Shown here piece by piece: positions 1-14,192 of a stretch of DNA of 64,000 nucleotides. Origin of the DNA: Octopus bimaculoides (taxonomy: Eukaryota); contig NC_068991.1 of NCBI RefSeq assembly GCF_001194135.2, positions 43,421,062 through 43,485,061 on the forward strand, read 5' to 3'. Each line of letters starts with the position of its first letter. Position 1 is the first letter of the stretch. The notes under the pieces are model-generated. The model searched no databases and was not told the origin of the DNA. It worked only from the letters and a program-made list of their open reading frames with translations. A program made the translations under genes and the position numbers.

Positions 1-857
1 TGCTACCTTTCAAGTACTTATACACAACTTTTATGATATAACTATCACTTCGAGAATACTACAATTAGGCACTTAAAAACAGTGATATGTGTACAGCAAG
101 AAAGCCTATAAAGTTACTACTTAAGTAAAAAAGCAACAACTTTCTAGAGTCACCATATAAGGTAGATTTAACAAAGATGGTTTCAACAGAATAGCAGATT
201 GTTCAGCATTCCACATTTGTATGTTGTCAAGAGGGGCAACTGTGTAACCTAAGAACTCGAGGGTGGAGGGAGTCAGTCTATAAGCAGCAACAAGAAAAGA
301 AAATAGAAGAAAAAATAAAAAGAATCCATGAAAACACTCACAAAAACAAACAAAAAAAGCACCGTTTTCCTGTTGAGGTACTCATCACCCTACACCCAAT
401 GATTGAAATCACCCAATCAGTGAAAGAAAGGAAATAGTAACACAAGAGAATTACAGTTAAATAAACATGTTTTTTAGGTTCTTTTTTCTAAAAAAAAGGC
501 AGTGATTATAATGAACTTCAGAAAGAATTTCTTCAAATACAAACAGAAATAAATACATAAACAGATAGCTGTCAATATTTGATAGCTCGCATAGCAAATA
601 TTTTATTGAAGGTAAAGCAAGCATCAGGTACGCTCACATCTTGGTAATTATGGCAATTATGTTGCATTAATTTGTCTTTTGCTATTGTCATTGCCTTTTT
701 TTTTAAATCATTTTATTTCTTTTTGATAATGTTTCTCCCTTCAGACACAATATTAATGGAGCTTCTTTATTAATGGAGCTTCTTTATAGGTCCCTACCAT
801 GAAAGGCAATATTGGTCTAGTTCCCATTTGAACTCACCATGCTGGGTACTTACATAT

Positions 858-1343
858 TCTTTTATTTGTTTCAACCATTTGATTGACTTCAACCATGCTG
901 GNNNNNNNNNNNNNNNNNNNNNNNNNNNNNNNNNNNNNNNNNNNNNNNNNNNNNNNNNNNNNNNNNNNNNNNNNNNNNNNNNNNNNNNNNNNNNNNNNNN
1001 NNNNNNNNNNNNNNNNNNNNNNNNNNNNNNNNNNNNNNNNNNNNNNNNNNNNNNNNNNNNNNNNNNNNNNNNNNNNNNNNNNNNNNNNNNNNNNNNNNNN
1101 NNNNNNNNNNNNNNNNNNNNNNNNNNNNNNNNNNNNNNNNNNNNNNNNNNNNNNNNNNNNNNNNNNNNNNNNNNNNNNNNNNNNNNNNNATATACACACA
1201 ACAGGTTTCTTTCAGTTTCCATCTACCAAATCCACTCACAAGGCTTTGGTCGGTCCAAGGCTATAGTAGAAGACATTTGCTCAAGATGCCATGCAGTGGG
1301 ACTGAACCAGGAACCATGTGGTTGAGAAGCAAGCTTCTTACCA
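858..1343 (-). mobile_element. Family-1 SINE spanning an assembly gap
   Basis: Head and tail homologous to 26746-27143 lie on either side of the N-run at 902-1189. Confidence 0.75.
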
Positions 1344-2658
1344 CTTTTTACTTCTCTTCCCATTACTCTTACTTGTCACCTCCTAGACTCCATACTAAAT
1401 AGTTTTTCATTCAAGTTGTTTAGAAACTGCAATTCACTGAAATTCTTTTTCTCCTCCCTACCAATTTTTTTCGTTCATTAAACTATAAAATGTTCCAAGT
1501 GAACTTCAACTGCATCAATCTGTCCCATCTCAGGAACCCTGCAAAGGTCACTGGCACTGCCCCTCTTCATTTGACTAACTTAAAAGAACACTGTACCCTA
1601 CAGATTGTTTTTTTTTTTAAATTTGCATGAAATCATCACTACTTACATAGTAATAATAAATAACTTCATTAATTAACTGTGGAATACTACAGGGCTAAAT
1701 GAAATGCGAGGCAACGAGCATCAAGGTCATTAATATGATAATGCAGATTTCTTACACTGGAAAACATTTGTAAGATAGAAAAACAGGAAACTGAATCAAC
1801 CCCAGCACTTATGTTACTGACCCGAAGATGTAGAGGGAGGAGAATAAATAATGCAAGGCATTTAATGTATTGCTTCTCCATGTTTTATGTAATAACACAA
1901 ACAATAATAATCCTAACCAAGTTTGAAATTAAAAGCCTTACTCAAAGTGTTGCTTATTTATTTTGATGATTCTGGAAGCTAAAAAGCAAATCTGACCCTG
2001 ATAGGTCAGAATTGTGAGACACTAGATTTGATAGAATAAAGCATCTGAGTGTTCATACTAACATTTATGCCATTTTCCTATTCTCAATAATTGTAATATT
2101 AATGTTTTGTGCATAAGCACAAGGAATAGTTAACTTCATCAATTTCAGTATAATAAGAGTTATTTTATCAATTTTTTTGGATGAAAGGCAGAAACAACCT
2201 CAACATAGTTGAACTCAGAGAAACAAAAATTAAGTTTTTACCAACTCTCTGTCTTTATTAGTAGTAATAACAGTAAACAACAAACTTTACTTAACACTAT
2301 AGTTTGTGCCAAGCAAAAAATGAAAATTTTGCTATTAAACATTACATGCCTAACTGTTTCATACTTAAAATTTCTTGCAATGTTATTACCAGTTCAAATA
2401 TGCCAGTGAGACATTTGAACTTGGAAACAAGCCATTCACTGTGTTTTGTCATGGAGAAAATTTCTTGTTGTAGACAAATGGTGTAAATACACCTAAATCA
2501 GCTTACAATGCCAACTATCCAAACTGTGAGAAGCAAGCATTTCGGAGTGGTTATCTTCTCTTCAGTCACAGAAATCAAACAATGGTGTTGCAAGATGAGA
2601 AGAGAGACAACATATGTCGGCTGGTAGCACAAATCAATGGCTCATTGTAATTGAATTA

Positions 2659-3022
2659 CGGGGTAGGAGGGCTAAGCAGTGATATGTATAAATGTAATGT
2701 TATTACCAGCTCGAATATGCTAGTGGCACATTTGGACTTGTAACATAAGAGAGATTGTCTTGCTTGTCAGCTCACAGCACCACTGTTCGGTTTCTGTAAC
2801 TGAAGAGGAGATAACCATTCTGAAATGCTTGCATCTCACAGTCTGGATAGGCAGCGCTATGAGCTGATTTAGGTGTATTTACACCATTTGTCTTCAGTAA
2901 GAAATTTTCTCCATGACAAAACACGCTGAATGGCTGTTTACAAGTCTGAACGTGCCACTAGCATATTTGAACTGGTAATAACATTGCATTTATACACATC
3001 ACTGCTTTGCACTCCCACCCTG
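2659..3022. mobile_element. TA-flanked MITE with ~90-bp TIRs (Tc1/mariner-like termini)
   Basis: TA|cggggtaggagggctaagcagtgatatgtataaatg...atttatacacatcactgctttgcactcccaccctg|TA. A second partial inverted copy lies at ~2375-2630. Confidence 0.65.
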
Positions 3023-3542
3023 TAATAAAATTTCTTGATTTATAAGCTTTACAAATTTACAAAGATTCACAGGCATGGCCATATGATTAAGAAAACTACT
3101 TCCCAACTATGTGATTTTGGATTCAGGCCTACATTGGGCAAGTTTCTTCAAAGCCTTGTAATTGGATTCAGTAGGTGGAAACTGAAGGAAACTTGTCCCA
3201 TATGCATGTGTGTGTGAGAGAGAGAGAGAGAATTTGTATATCTCCCTCATCTTCACTGGTTGTAAACAATGGCTCACTGACAGTATCACTTGCTTACAAT
3301 CCATGGCAAAAACATGTCCAGGTTTCTTGACATGTTGCATAATATCTGTAAACAAAAAGCTCATTCATACAGTGCCATTTGCTTCCAGTTCTCCATATAA
3401 ACGTATCTAGGCTGCTTGTTTGATGGGCTTGGATATTATCATTCTCAGAAATAAGTGGAGGTTGCCATCAGGAAGGGCATCCAACCATAGAAAACTCTGC
3501 CCCACCATATTCTCATCTGACCTATGCAAGCATGGAAAAGTA

Positions 3543-4408
3543 TGAGCTACATTCTAGAAGTTTTGAAATTTCTTTTAGGAGAAGCAGTTATAACTATCTT
3601 AGATTATTTTAATTTTAGTATATCATTATTGTTCATCTAATAAGCTAACCTGTCAACTTTTGTTATTCCAAACAGAAGGAGATGGCTGTAACAGCACTTT
3701 GAACACATGTTACTAAACGCTACTTATCATAGCTGACTAGTTTCTAGAATGCAGTTGGGAAGTAAAGACAATTTGGAAGCTCCCTATGCAATAAAATTTT
3801 GTGTTGAACTGGCAAAATCATTACAGAAACTTAAGAAATACTCCAAACTGCTTATGGATTGAATAACTTGTATGAGCCAAGAATCTACACTCCACTGGCA
3901 CAAGACACTAGGCAAGGCAAGGCAAGTCTACTGGGAAGCTAATGATCCAATTTTTTGACAGCAAGAGCACCCTCTACATCCACCGAATTCCCTTTTGCCA
4001 GACAGTCAATAAAGAGTACTTTATGAAGGTTTCGAGAGAGTTCAGGAAGAGATTTCATCAAAAAGAGGCCAGAACACCTGCATGAGGACACAATTCTATC
4101 CTGGTAACCAACTACTTGACAGAGATGAGCTTCAAAACTGTCCCTCACTCTCCCTACTATCCAAACCTTACTCCCTGTGACTTTTCATTTGACCCCCAAG
4201 CTAAAAGAAATGAAGGAGACTGTGATAAGGGTCCTGGACACCTTTACTTCAGGGGACTTCCATGGGGCCTTCACGAAGTGGCTGGATCACTACAACAAGT
4301 GCACTGAAATCAGAGGATCCTACTTTGAAGGAGAATAGAGTTTTGTGGTATTTTGAAATTAAAAACATCTTTCCTGAAAAAGTCATAAAATTTCTGGAAG
4401 ACACCTTA
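3543..4408 (+). mobile_element. Degenerate, internally deleted mariner element
   Basis: FFDSKS..YIHRIP..QTVNKEYF and TVPHSPYYPNLTPCDF (cf. HPPYSPDLAPCDF). The right TIR is recognisable, the left is degenerate, so boundaries are approximate. Confidence 0.7.
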
Positions 4409-5127
4409 TGAGTGTTAAAATGATTATTATTATTCTTTTATTTGTTTCAGTCATTTTGACTGCGGCCATGCTGGAGCACTGCCAAATTTTCTTTATAGAC
4501 ATTGTATCACTCTCTTTGATTTTTCTTATTAACATATGTGCACTATGTTAAATTCAAACTAATCTGCTACAATATAATTTTTTTTAAAATAAAACATACT
4601 GAAAAACAATTATGTTTAGTACTACTACATGCTATATAAATAAATAAAGACTTCTAGATAATCATGTCAAAATAAAACAATAAAAAATATTTTATTGTTT
4701 AACTTATCTAGAATGCAAATGATAATGTGAAAGTGTGAGAAAATGCTATGTTGATAGTTCTCAACTCTGTCTCAAGTTTTCATATTCTTGTCCCAAGCGT
4801 AGCTACAATCAATTGATAATAATTTAGAATGATGTATATCCAGAATTATCCAATAGAAAGTATTATTTTATAAAGGAGAGGGGAGATTAACAACTGCCAG
4901 TTCAAACGGAATAACTGCATGACCTTAAGAAATAGCACGTTTCTGCTTAAGGTCAGATGTTATTTAATGTTTGGGTTGGATTGTGAGTGAATTTATATTT
5001 TCAGTTGGAACATATTTAATAACAATAGAAGTCTCAGAATTAATTATTCAGTGTGTGCGTAGCAAATAGGCCACTTGTATTTTCTTTCTTTTTTTTTTTT
5101 TTGATTTTACAAAAGTTAAAAATTTAA

Positions 5128-5349
5128 CCCTTTTGATATCAACCCAGCTGAAACCGGCTCTGGCTCTGAAGTACAAATGTCTTGTTTTCATAAGTTTTGA
5201 ATTAAAATCTTCCACCAAACGTTAGTGACAATTTATGTTCCTAACACTAGCTTAATGATAACTAAGTTATTTTACTAAATTCTTTGCTATATTTCAAATT
5301 AATTGAAAGAAATACAGAGCATCTAAAAAAAAATACAGTAACAAAAGAG
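5128..5349. mobile_element. piggyBac-type non-autonomous element (TTAA TSD)
   Basis: TTAA|CCCTTTTG...CAAAAGAG|TTAA. A related element lies at 18594-18745 (TTAA|TCCTTTTG...CAAAAGGG|TTAA). Confidence 0.6.
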
Positions 5350-6827
5350 TTAAGAGACTACTTCCCATAAAAAGCTTCTATATATTATTTTGTTTATGGG
5401 AAATCCTGTTAGTTGAATAAGAAGTGATTGCTTGCATAGATTCACTGATTCTGAGTCTGTTTTAGTAAAACTGATCTGCATTAGTATAGGTGTAAAACAC
5501 AATTACAAAATGTAAATTGGGTATCTTTTGCTTGTTTCAATCAATAGATAGCAGCCATGTTGGGGTACCATGTTGAATGGTTTTAGTTAAACAAATTGAC
5601 CCCAGAACTAATATTTTAAGTTGGGTACTTATTCTATTTATCTCTTTTGCCAAACCAATAAGTTACAGGTACATAAACAAACCAACACCAATTGTTAAGC
5701 AGTGGTGGCAGAAACAAACACAGACTCAAAGACATACATGCATGCAAATATATATATATATATAATTCCATACTAGTATTTGCAAAAAGATGTGAATTTA
5801 GTTATTTGGTAAAATCATAAGAATAGAGAGTTTATAAGAAGATGCTTTTGTTGCTAACTACTCAATAATTGGTGGAATTTGCATAACCTCACAGTAATTC
5901 ATGTTAGATAAGTCTGTGAAATTATGAGTCTTACTTCAAGTGTTAAAACAATATCTGTAGCATTTGAACCCATTGAATTAAAGTGCAATTCAAACATACA
6001 GGTTATATTGATACTTTAAAAAAAAAAAAAAAGATTTTAGATCACTAAAAGTTGCAAAAAAACCTATAATTTTTATCAGGTATTTTAAAATACAATTTTT
6101 TTTTTATCAGGCATGATTTTTAAAAAAATGTGTGTGCAAGTACACAACCAGTAAAAGAATACTGGTTTCAGTCACTGAACTGCCTTAATGCTTGGAGATT
6201 GGCTTCAAATTGATCAAGAAGATGGACAAAATGCAAAGCCAATTTGATGCAAATGAAAAGAACTGAAATAGGTCAAAATATAAATTTTTTTTCCATTTCA
6301 CATCAATTTTTGGCATCCCATGTACAAACACATATATACACATGTACATACATACACAAACATATACTCCATGTACATAAATATACTTATGCGTGCACAT
6401 GCACATTTTTTTTTTACAAGGGAAAAGTTGACAGTAACTCTGAAGTTTTGTTTTACTAACCATCAATCAAATTGATGATGGCTTGTAAGCTAAAACTTCA
6501 AAGTGTCTGTCAACCTTTTCCTTATGAAAATTAAATATGATACTCTATTAAAATGGATTGAGTGATCCTTCAATTTAAAGTTTAACTGCTTTTTAATCAT
6601 AATTCTACACACAAGCAAACAATATCATTTTAACATCTACTTTTTCAAGCTCCCATGGACCAGATGGAATTTGTTGAGGCAAATTTTCCATCCTGTCACC
6701 AATTTCACTTGTTTCCCAGCAAGATGATATTTCTCCAAGACTGGACATGTTCCCATTGAAGATTGGAAATAAACAACAATGCTTGTATGATTTTGAAAAT
6801 TTTATACAACTATTACACAATGTCAAA

Positions 6828-6893
<66 letters not shown>

Positions 6894-6914
6894 CACACAT
6901 TAACCTAAATGAGA

Positions 6915-7630
6915 TGCAGTTTGGTTTTGAGCCAGGGAGAAGCACCACTGGAGCTAACTTCTGGTAAGGTAACTGCAGAAGCAGTTAGTGAAAAATAAAC
7001 TGCTGTACATGGCATTTGTCAATATAAAGAACGCCTTTGATAGATCCCTTGCTCCGTGGTCAATGTGGAAGCTAAAATTTCCCTCCATTCTCCCTCACAT
7101 ACCTACCTGCACACAATATATCTGTGTTGTATCTCTTCCCCACAACATTTCCTCCTAATACCCCCTCTTTATATGTACCGCCATCTCAAACTCTCCTTTC
7201 ACAATCTTGCTGATTTACCCATCTACTCACCCTCTCCAATCCCTGGATCACTTCATTGTATATTCTTCCCTCTAACTTGTGTGTTTGGCTTCTGCTCCCT
7301 CCATGTCACATCTTCACCATCTCTCTCTTTCCACCTGAAGTAACCATGTTTCTTCTCTAATGCAAGACACCTTTTCTGTCTCAATACTTTTCCCCACCCC
7401 ATTTGAGGGGTTTTGTCCTGCATGTTACTTAGTGACCTAACTGTTGTTAGTGCCACATAAAAAGCACCCAGTACACTGTCAAGTGATTAGTGTTAGGAAG
7501 GGCATTCAACCGTAGAAACCATGTCAAAGCAGGTAGCAGTGCTCGGTGCAGTCTTCTGACTTGCCAGTTCTTGCCAAACCAGCCAATCCATGCCAGCATG
7601 GAAAACTGATGTTAAACAATGATGATGCTA
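6915..7630 (+). mobile_element. RTE LINE fragment (RT piece fused to the 3' UTR tail)
   Basis: Translates as KNKLLYMAFVNIKNAFDR, an RT motif. The tail ends ...ccatgccagcatggaaaactgatgttaaacaatgatgatg. Similar tails lie near 3400-3540, 28600-29010, 41970-42170 (-), 43140-43260 (-) and 49140-49560 (-). Confidence 0.65.
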
Positions 7631-7799
7631 CACAAAAACAATGTGTTTCTTTCAGTTTCCAGGTCAAACCAACTCAAAGCTTTGATCACCCTGGGCTATA
7701 GTAGCAGATATATGCATAAGGTGCCAGGCAGTGGACTTGAATCCCAAACCATTTAATTGGGAAGTGGCCTTAATCACACACACACACAATATATATATA

Positions 7800-7846
<47 letters not shown>

Positions 7847-8619
7847 AACTTCTGTACAATTTATATCTACCAAATTGTACTCACAAAGCTTTGGTTCATA
7901 CTCTTAACCAGACTACTGCCCAGCTAGAGTGAAATTGGGACCAGCAAGTTGCTAAGTAAACCTCTTAACCACCCAGCCATAAATGTTTATGAATGAAAAA
8001 TATAGTTTCAAATTACGTAAGTAAACTCCTGATAAGTCAGATCAAAAGAATTAGTAGAGAAACATAGAACGTAATGTTAAGCTATATATATCTATATAAA
8101 ACTGAGAATGTGTGTCTGTCTGTGAATCCCTAAAACTCGAGCAGTACCCAACCGATTTCATTCAAATTTTGCACATGCATTACTTAGGGTCCATGAAGTG
8201 TCATGGGCTGAAAAAAGTTTCAACTTCTTGCCTAATGTGGGCTCAGAGCAATCTTTTAGATTGGTTCAGTATTGTGTTGAAAGTGAATACTGTTTCACTT
8301 TTAATTCTAATGTGATAACACTAAGTCCAAGGTATATAAAAATACACATTTACCCTTCAATTACCAGTTAATAATTATTGTAGACTTACAAGGTATTTAC
8401 AATTACATATTAAACCTTAAATTAACATTTAATACATGTGCTTAATATATATATATATATATATATATATTAAGAAATTTATAATAATTATTGTGGCATT
8501 TGACATTAAATTAGCAGTTTGTACATGTTCTTCTATTTGGTTAATTTATATATATAAAATTCTTTATCTCTCTGTCTGTCTCTCTTCCCAATGCATTCTC
8601 AAATGGCTCCACCAAATCA

Positions 8620-9400
8620 AATCAAATTTTACAATAGTATCACACCCCATGAGTGTCAACATATAATTTGTTTTTTTCCTTTTGATTAAAACAAGATAAT
8701 ATTTTACAGAGATAATCTTTCTGTAGTCAATTACAGTACAGGACATTTTATACCACATCAACGACGACATCACATTTTGTATTTGAGTGTGTATGTGTGT
8801 CAGTGTATGAATGCGCATGTGTCTGTCAGTGTGTTTGTGTGTGTTTCTGCATTCGACAAAAACGTCACATTTTGTATCTGAGTGTCTATGTGTCTGTGAG
8901 TGTATGTGTGTGTGTTTCCACATTAGGGACGTTAATCAATATACACATCTATGCATACATATATACATGTGACAACTGGCATGTGTGAATGTATGTATGT
9001 GTGTGTTTCTCTTACTATATAGTACACCCCATGACTGTCACTATGTAATTTTTTTCATTTCCATTAAAACAATATTACATTTCATAGACATACTCTTTCT
9101 ATAGGCAACTATAGTACAGGACATTTTATATGAATATGTGTTTCTGTGTTCGATATGTATGAGATAGTAAAGGACATTTTATACCACAACAACATCACAT
9201 TTTGTAAATGAGAGCATGTGTGCGTGTGCATCTGTTTGTCTGTGATTGAGTGTTTCCTCATTAGGTACATTAGCAAACACACACACACACACACACACAT
9301 ATGTAACGACTGACATGAGTGAGTGTATGCGACTATGTGAGAGTGTATGTGTGTATCGTCACATTTTGTATATGAATGTGTATGTATCTGTCAGACCACT
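8620..9400. repeat. Degenerate tandem duplication, ~380-bp unit with TG-rich tails
   Basis: The blocks cacaccccatga.tgtca and ggacattttataccaca..acatcacattttgta recur. Confidence 0.6.
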
Positions 9401-9432
9401 TGCTATGCAAGTACATCTCTGTAATTTATTAT

Positions 9433-9620
9433 GTAGTTCTATATTTAAGAGATGAGGAATTATGTACATTATTTACATTTGACGGATATTTGTCCTCATC
9501 TTGTTTGTTGTTAACACAATGTTTCGGCTGATATACCCTCCAGCCTTCATCAGGTGTCTTGGGGAAATTTTGAACTTGGGTTCTCATTCCTAAAGTATTT
9601 TTCGATATTATTATTATTCA
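9433..9620 (-). mobile_element. 5'-truncated PLE terminal-repeat copy with hammerhead motif at 9513-9558
   Basis: Matches the 3' part of 53490-53660 plus the 30-nt tail. The minus strand reads GACAC CTGATGA A GGCTG GAGGGTATAT CAGCC GAAAC ATT GTGTT. Confidence 0.8.
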
Positions 9621-9792
9621 ATATTTTAAACAAAAAATTATGAATGTAGAAAAAAATATACATTAATCTGTGTTTTTCTAAGCAGTTGTATGTATGTAGT
9701 ATGTCTATATTTTTGTATGCAGTGTAAATCAACCAAATATCTGCCACATACAAAAACTATCTTCCTAGTTAGCCTTCCTTTGATATTGCTGT

Positions 9793-11380
9793 ACCTCTTA
9801 TGTGTCCATAGCTTACACTGGGTACATCTTATATAGTTTCTACCTACGCCTTTTCTACAGATTGAGCAGGGCCATCTACCTGAAGGGGTTTGTGTTTTAT
9901 CTACCTTCTTACTTATTAGGACTTTGGTTTTAGCTAGGTTGACTAAGGCCCTTCACTTCTAGTCCTTGCTTCTTCACCTGAAACTTCTCTAGTTCTGATA
10001 GTGACTCAGCAATTAGCACAAGGTCATCAGCATTGAGGAGCTCCCAGGGGCATCCTGTCTTGAATTTTTCTGTTATTGCCAGGAGGACTATGATAAATAG
10101 GAGGGGGCTGAGGACTGAACCTTGGTGGACCCCTACCTCTATCCAGAATTCTTCACTGTACTCGTTGCCAACCCTCACCTTACAGCATCCCTGTACATGG
10201 CTCGCACAGCTCTCACTAACCATTCAGCTATCCCTAGTTTCCTCATTGACCACCAGATAAGGGAATGGGGGGACCCTATCAAAGGCNNNNNNNNNNNNNN
10301 NNNNNNNNNNNNNNNNNNNNNNNNNNNNNNNNNNNNNNNNNNNNNNNNNNNNNNNNNNNNNNNNNNNNNNNNNNNNNNNNNNNNNNNNNNCAGCTGTCTT
10401 ACCAGAAATATAGCATCAGTGGTGCTTTTACCTGGCACGAACCCAAACTGCATCTCATCTAAATTGATTTGCTCCCTAATTAGTTGGGCTATGACCCTCT
10501 CCGTAACTTTCATTACCTGATCTAACAGCTTGATACCTCTGTAATTATTTGTATCAAAAGCATCACCTTTACCTTTGTAGCAGTTGACTATGGTGCTGCT
10601 ACACCAGTCATTGGATATGACTCCTTCGTGTATCACCTGGTTCGCAATACGGGTGACTAGGCTATAGCCGACACTGCCAGATATTTTGAGCATCTCTGCA
10701 GTGATTCCTGATGAGCCGGGTTCTTTCCCTGTCTTCCTACTCTTAATTGCTTTATGTACCATGGTACTGTCAACTCGGATAGCTGGTCTCTCTGTTGGGT
10801 TGACATTCGGTAGACTCTCTTTCTCTCATTCATTCTCTTTATTTAGCAACCTTTCATAGTGGCATTTCCAAACCTCTCTCTTTTCAGCCTCGTTTAGTGT
10901 TAGTGAACCATCATCTATGCGGACACATTTCTCTCCTACAACATCACAATTCTCTCTCACACACTGTCTTGCAACTGGAAATACCTCAAGTCTTTGGTCC
11001 TCACGGCACAGAACATTGGCAAATTTTTTCTTATCTGCTTCCCCTCTGGCTAAATAAACCTGTCACCTAGCTTCCCTTCTGGCAGTCTGATACAATTCCC
11101 TGCTACCACCGTTCTTCCAGTCCTTCCAAGCCTGTTTCTTTTGTCTAATAACCCTGTCAACAACACTGTTCCACCACCATGTTATTTTGGGTCGAGAGGG
11201 AACTTTGCACCATCCACAGATCTGGTCAGTGGCCCTCAGCAGGTTGTCCCGTAGAAATCTCCAGTTGTCTTCTACATCATGTGAAGCTATATTCCTTTCT
11301 ATTTCGTCAAAGGCTTCGAGTAATACGTCTTTAAATCTCTGTCCATTTGCAGGATCTTTAAGCTTCCAGACCCTAATCAT
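9793..11380 (-). mobile_element. RTE-clade LINE fragment (EN-RT linker, RT domain, C-terminal Cys motif), degenerate
   Basis: Motifs WWWNSVVD, YKGKGDA...NYRGIKLL, QFGFVPGKSTTDAIF, GVHQGSVLSPLLF, NADD (from YADD) and WPCSICRKGVG...CTQCKLWTH. Frameshifted, with a gap at 10287-10390. Confidence 0.9.
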
Positions 11381-12483
11381 GTGATCAACTAGACAATTGG
11401 ATGTTGTTAATTATCACTGGTCATAATGCACTTTGCATAATTTTAGGTTTCAAATGATACCACCCAGCCAGCTAAGTAAGCAAGATGATTATGTATATAA
11501 AATTTGTCTTAGTCTAAATGACAAAAATATTCTACAATATCTATTATAGTTAAGTCACATCAATTATCTGTCTGTAAAAACTGATTTACAACATGAATAC
11601 AGTAAATGCTTTAATTTTTTTGTTAATATCTATGTAAACATGCAAGAAATATAGATAAACTGTGTCAAGAATTTTATTAATTATGATTAATTAATAAGAA
11701 GCTATAGTTTAGAAGAATGAAAACAACAATTAATTTGCAAATGAATTCTTAATTCTTATTTCTCAAATGTTCTACTATACTGACTGCAATAAGTAGATTT
11801 AAGTCCACAAATTGCTCTAAGGAATAATTGCAATTAATAAATGAATTGTTTATTTTCAGGGACTAATTAGTGCTAGAGTAAGTACTAATCTATAGCATAG
11901 TATTTAAAGTAGAAACAGAAGTTTGAGGAACAGCTGGTCTTGATTAACTGAGTCTAAGATTTCACAGAAACTGTTTAATCATGACTAGCTTGTAGTTCTC
12001 CAGCTATTCAATTACCTACACATACGTTTGGTGGTGCTAGGAAAGGGTGTACACAACAGAAAAGGTAGGCTACTTGATACCTTTGTTTCAAGTATGACAC
12101 TGTGTTGCAATGCAACATGAATAGTGAAATCAACAGATATAAAAAGAGAAAAGTCATTAAATGTTGGAACATCACTGAATCTTACACCATGTTTGCTGAA
12201 GAGTAGTTACCCTGACAAACTTACAATCATCAAACCATTGATCAAAGTAAAATTTATAGACATAAATGTTACAAGTTGCAATATTATTGTTTTTCTCCTA
12301 TTCTAATATTATTGTCATAATCAACTAATTAGGAAAATTACCTTCAATAAAATAAAAGAATTCAAGTTACAATAATAAAACTAAAAACAAAAAACAACCA
12401 ATTTTGTTCATATGGTTTCAATATAAAATTATGTTTCACAACATTCAGGTCAGAAAGTGTTGTTAACAATTAACAGTGACATA

Positions 12484-14192
12484 CAAGGTAGTATCAAAAA
12501 GTTACCAGACTAGCTATGTTTAATAAAAAAATAACTTATTTACCTAATACAGTTCTATATTTAAGAGATGTGGAATTATGTACATTATTTACATTATTTA
12601 TATTCAATGGATATTTGTCCTCATCTTGTTTGTTGTTAACACAATGTTTCGGCTGATATACCCTCCAGCCTTCATCAGGTGTCTTGGGGAAATTTCAAGC
12701 CTGGGTTCTCATTCCTAAGGTATTTTTCGATATTATTATTATTATTATACAGGTAACTACCTGGAATCGAACTCGGAACCAGGCAGTGACCTTAATAATA
12801 ATAATAATAATAATAACATCAAAAAATACCTTAGGAATGAGAACCCAGGTTCAAAATTTCCCCAAGACACCTGAGGAAGGCTGGAGGGTAAACATGAGGA
12901 GGACAAATATCCATCAAATGTAAATAATGTAAATTATTTACCTAAGCTTTAATATCCTCTCCTTTGAAACAGTCATCTTGTACAGCAATGCACTGGTCCT
13001 AATGTTCCTGCCACTTTTGGAATTCAGCCTGGAAGTTGTTTTCCATAAGTGAGTCAAGGACCTTCTGTGATTCGCTCTTGATCTTGATGATGGTATTAAA
13101 ATGGTGACCTTTGAGCTGCATTTTCATTTTGGAGAAGAGATGGATGTCTGCAGGTGCTAAATATTATAAATAGGGCAGATGTAGAAGCGATGTCTTTTTT
13201 TTGGCAAGAAACTCATGAGTGAGGAGAGCCCAATGACAGGGTGCATTGTGTCATGAAGAATCTCATTCTTCACGCTCCACAGATCCAGTCACCTTTGCTG
13301 AATGTCCTCCCTTAAATGCTTTAAAACATTGCAGTAGAACTCTTAATTGACAGTCTAGCCCTAGGGGACAAATTCTTAATGCACAATATCAAGGATGTCA
13401 AAAAAAAAAAACAACGAGCATGCTCATGATTGGGATTCAGCTCCGTTGTGCCTTCCTCGGTTGTAAAGATGAAGGGCTCTTCCATCGTGATAACTGCTGC
13501 TTCATCTCAGGGTCATACCTGTAGACCCAACTCTCATCACTGGTGATGATCCTCAACATGAAGGATGGATCATCAGCAGCATGCTCACGGAGATCTTGAC
13601 AGACTCTGATGCAATGTTCTTTTTGATCTGTGGTGAACAGGTGATGGACAAACATGCCAGAGACACACTACATGTTCAATTCAGATGTTAGGATTGCCTG
13701 CACAAACCAATATGACAGACCAACATCAGCAATGTCATTGATTGTCCTCAGACGATCCTCATGTACAAACTGATGAATTTTCTCCACATTTCTGGGGGTG
13801 ATGCTCATGGCAGGTCTTCCAGGTTAATCATCATCTTCCAAAGATGTTCTCCTGCTTTTGAAGTGCCTGTGCCACTTGAAACATTGCGTATGACCTACTG
13901 CCTCATCGCTGTAAGCTTGCTGAAGCATGCTCAATATCTCTGTAGCAGACTTCCTAAATTTAACGCAAGATATCACATTGACTCTTTGTTTCAGTCCACC
14001 ACAAAATTGCAGACTGCAGAATACACATGATCACAAAAACACAAATTTCATACTTGTGAAGTAAACACAGTGATGTCACTTGGCATACTGCCTCATGAAG
14101 GTCACTGCCAGCTCTCAGACCACACACAACTGTGTGCTGCCAACTGCTGGTGTGCTACAGAACTAATCTGGGAACTTTTTGATACCATCTCA
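12484..14192 (-). mobile_element. Mariner element with TIRs and TA TSD, interrupted by the PLE-repeat dimer
   Basis: TIRs caaggtagtatcaaaaagttaccagactag and (revcomp) tgagatggtatcaaaaagttcccagattag, each flanked by TA. Transposase motif IITSDESWVYRYDPEMKQQ. Confidence 0.85.
12548..12933. mobile_element. Inverted (head-to-head) pair of PLE terminal-repeat copies with a 12-bp TSD
   Basis: The minus arm carries a hammerhead motif at 12638-12683; the plus arm has an internal deletion through stem II. TTATTTACCTAA flanks both sides (12536-12547, 12934-12945). Confidence 0.85.

Noticed and set aside
11861-11878. Plus-strand micro-exon (ttttcAG...GTAAGT)
   Set aside because: Antisense to the host gene with no partner exons; expected by chance in 64 kb.
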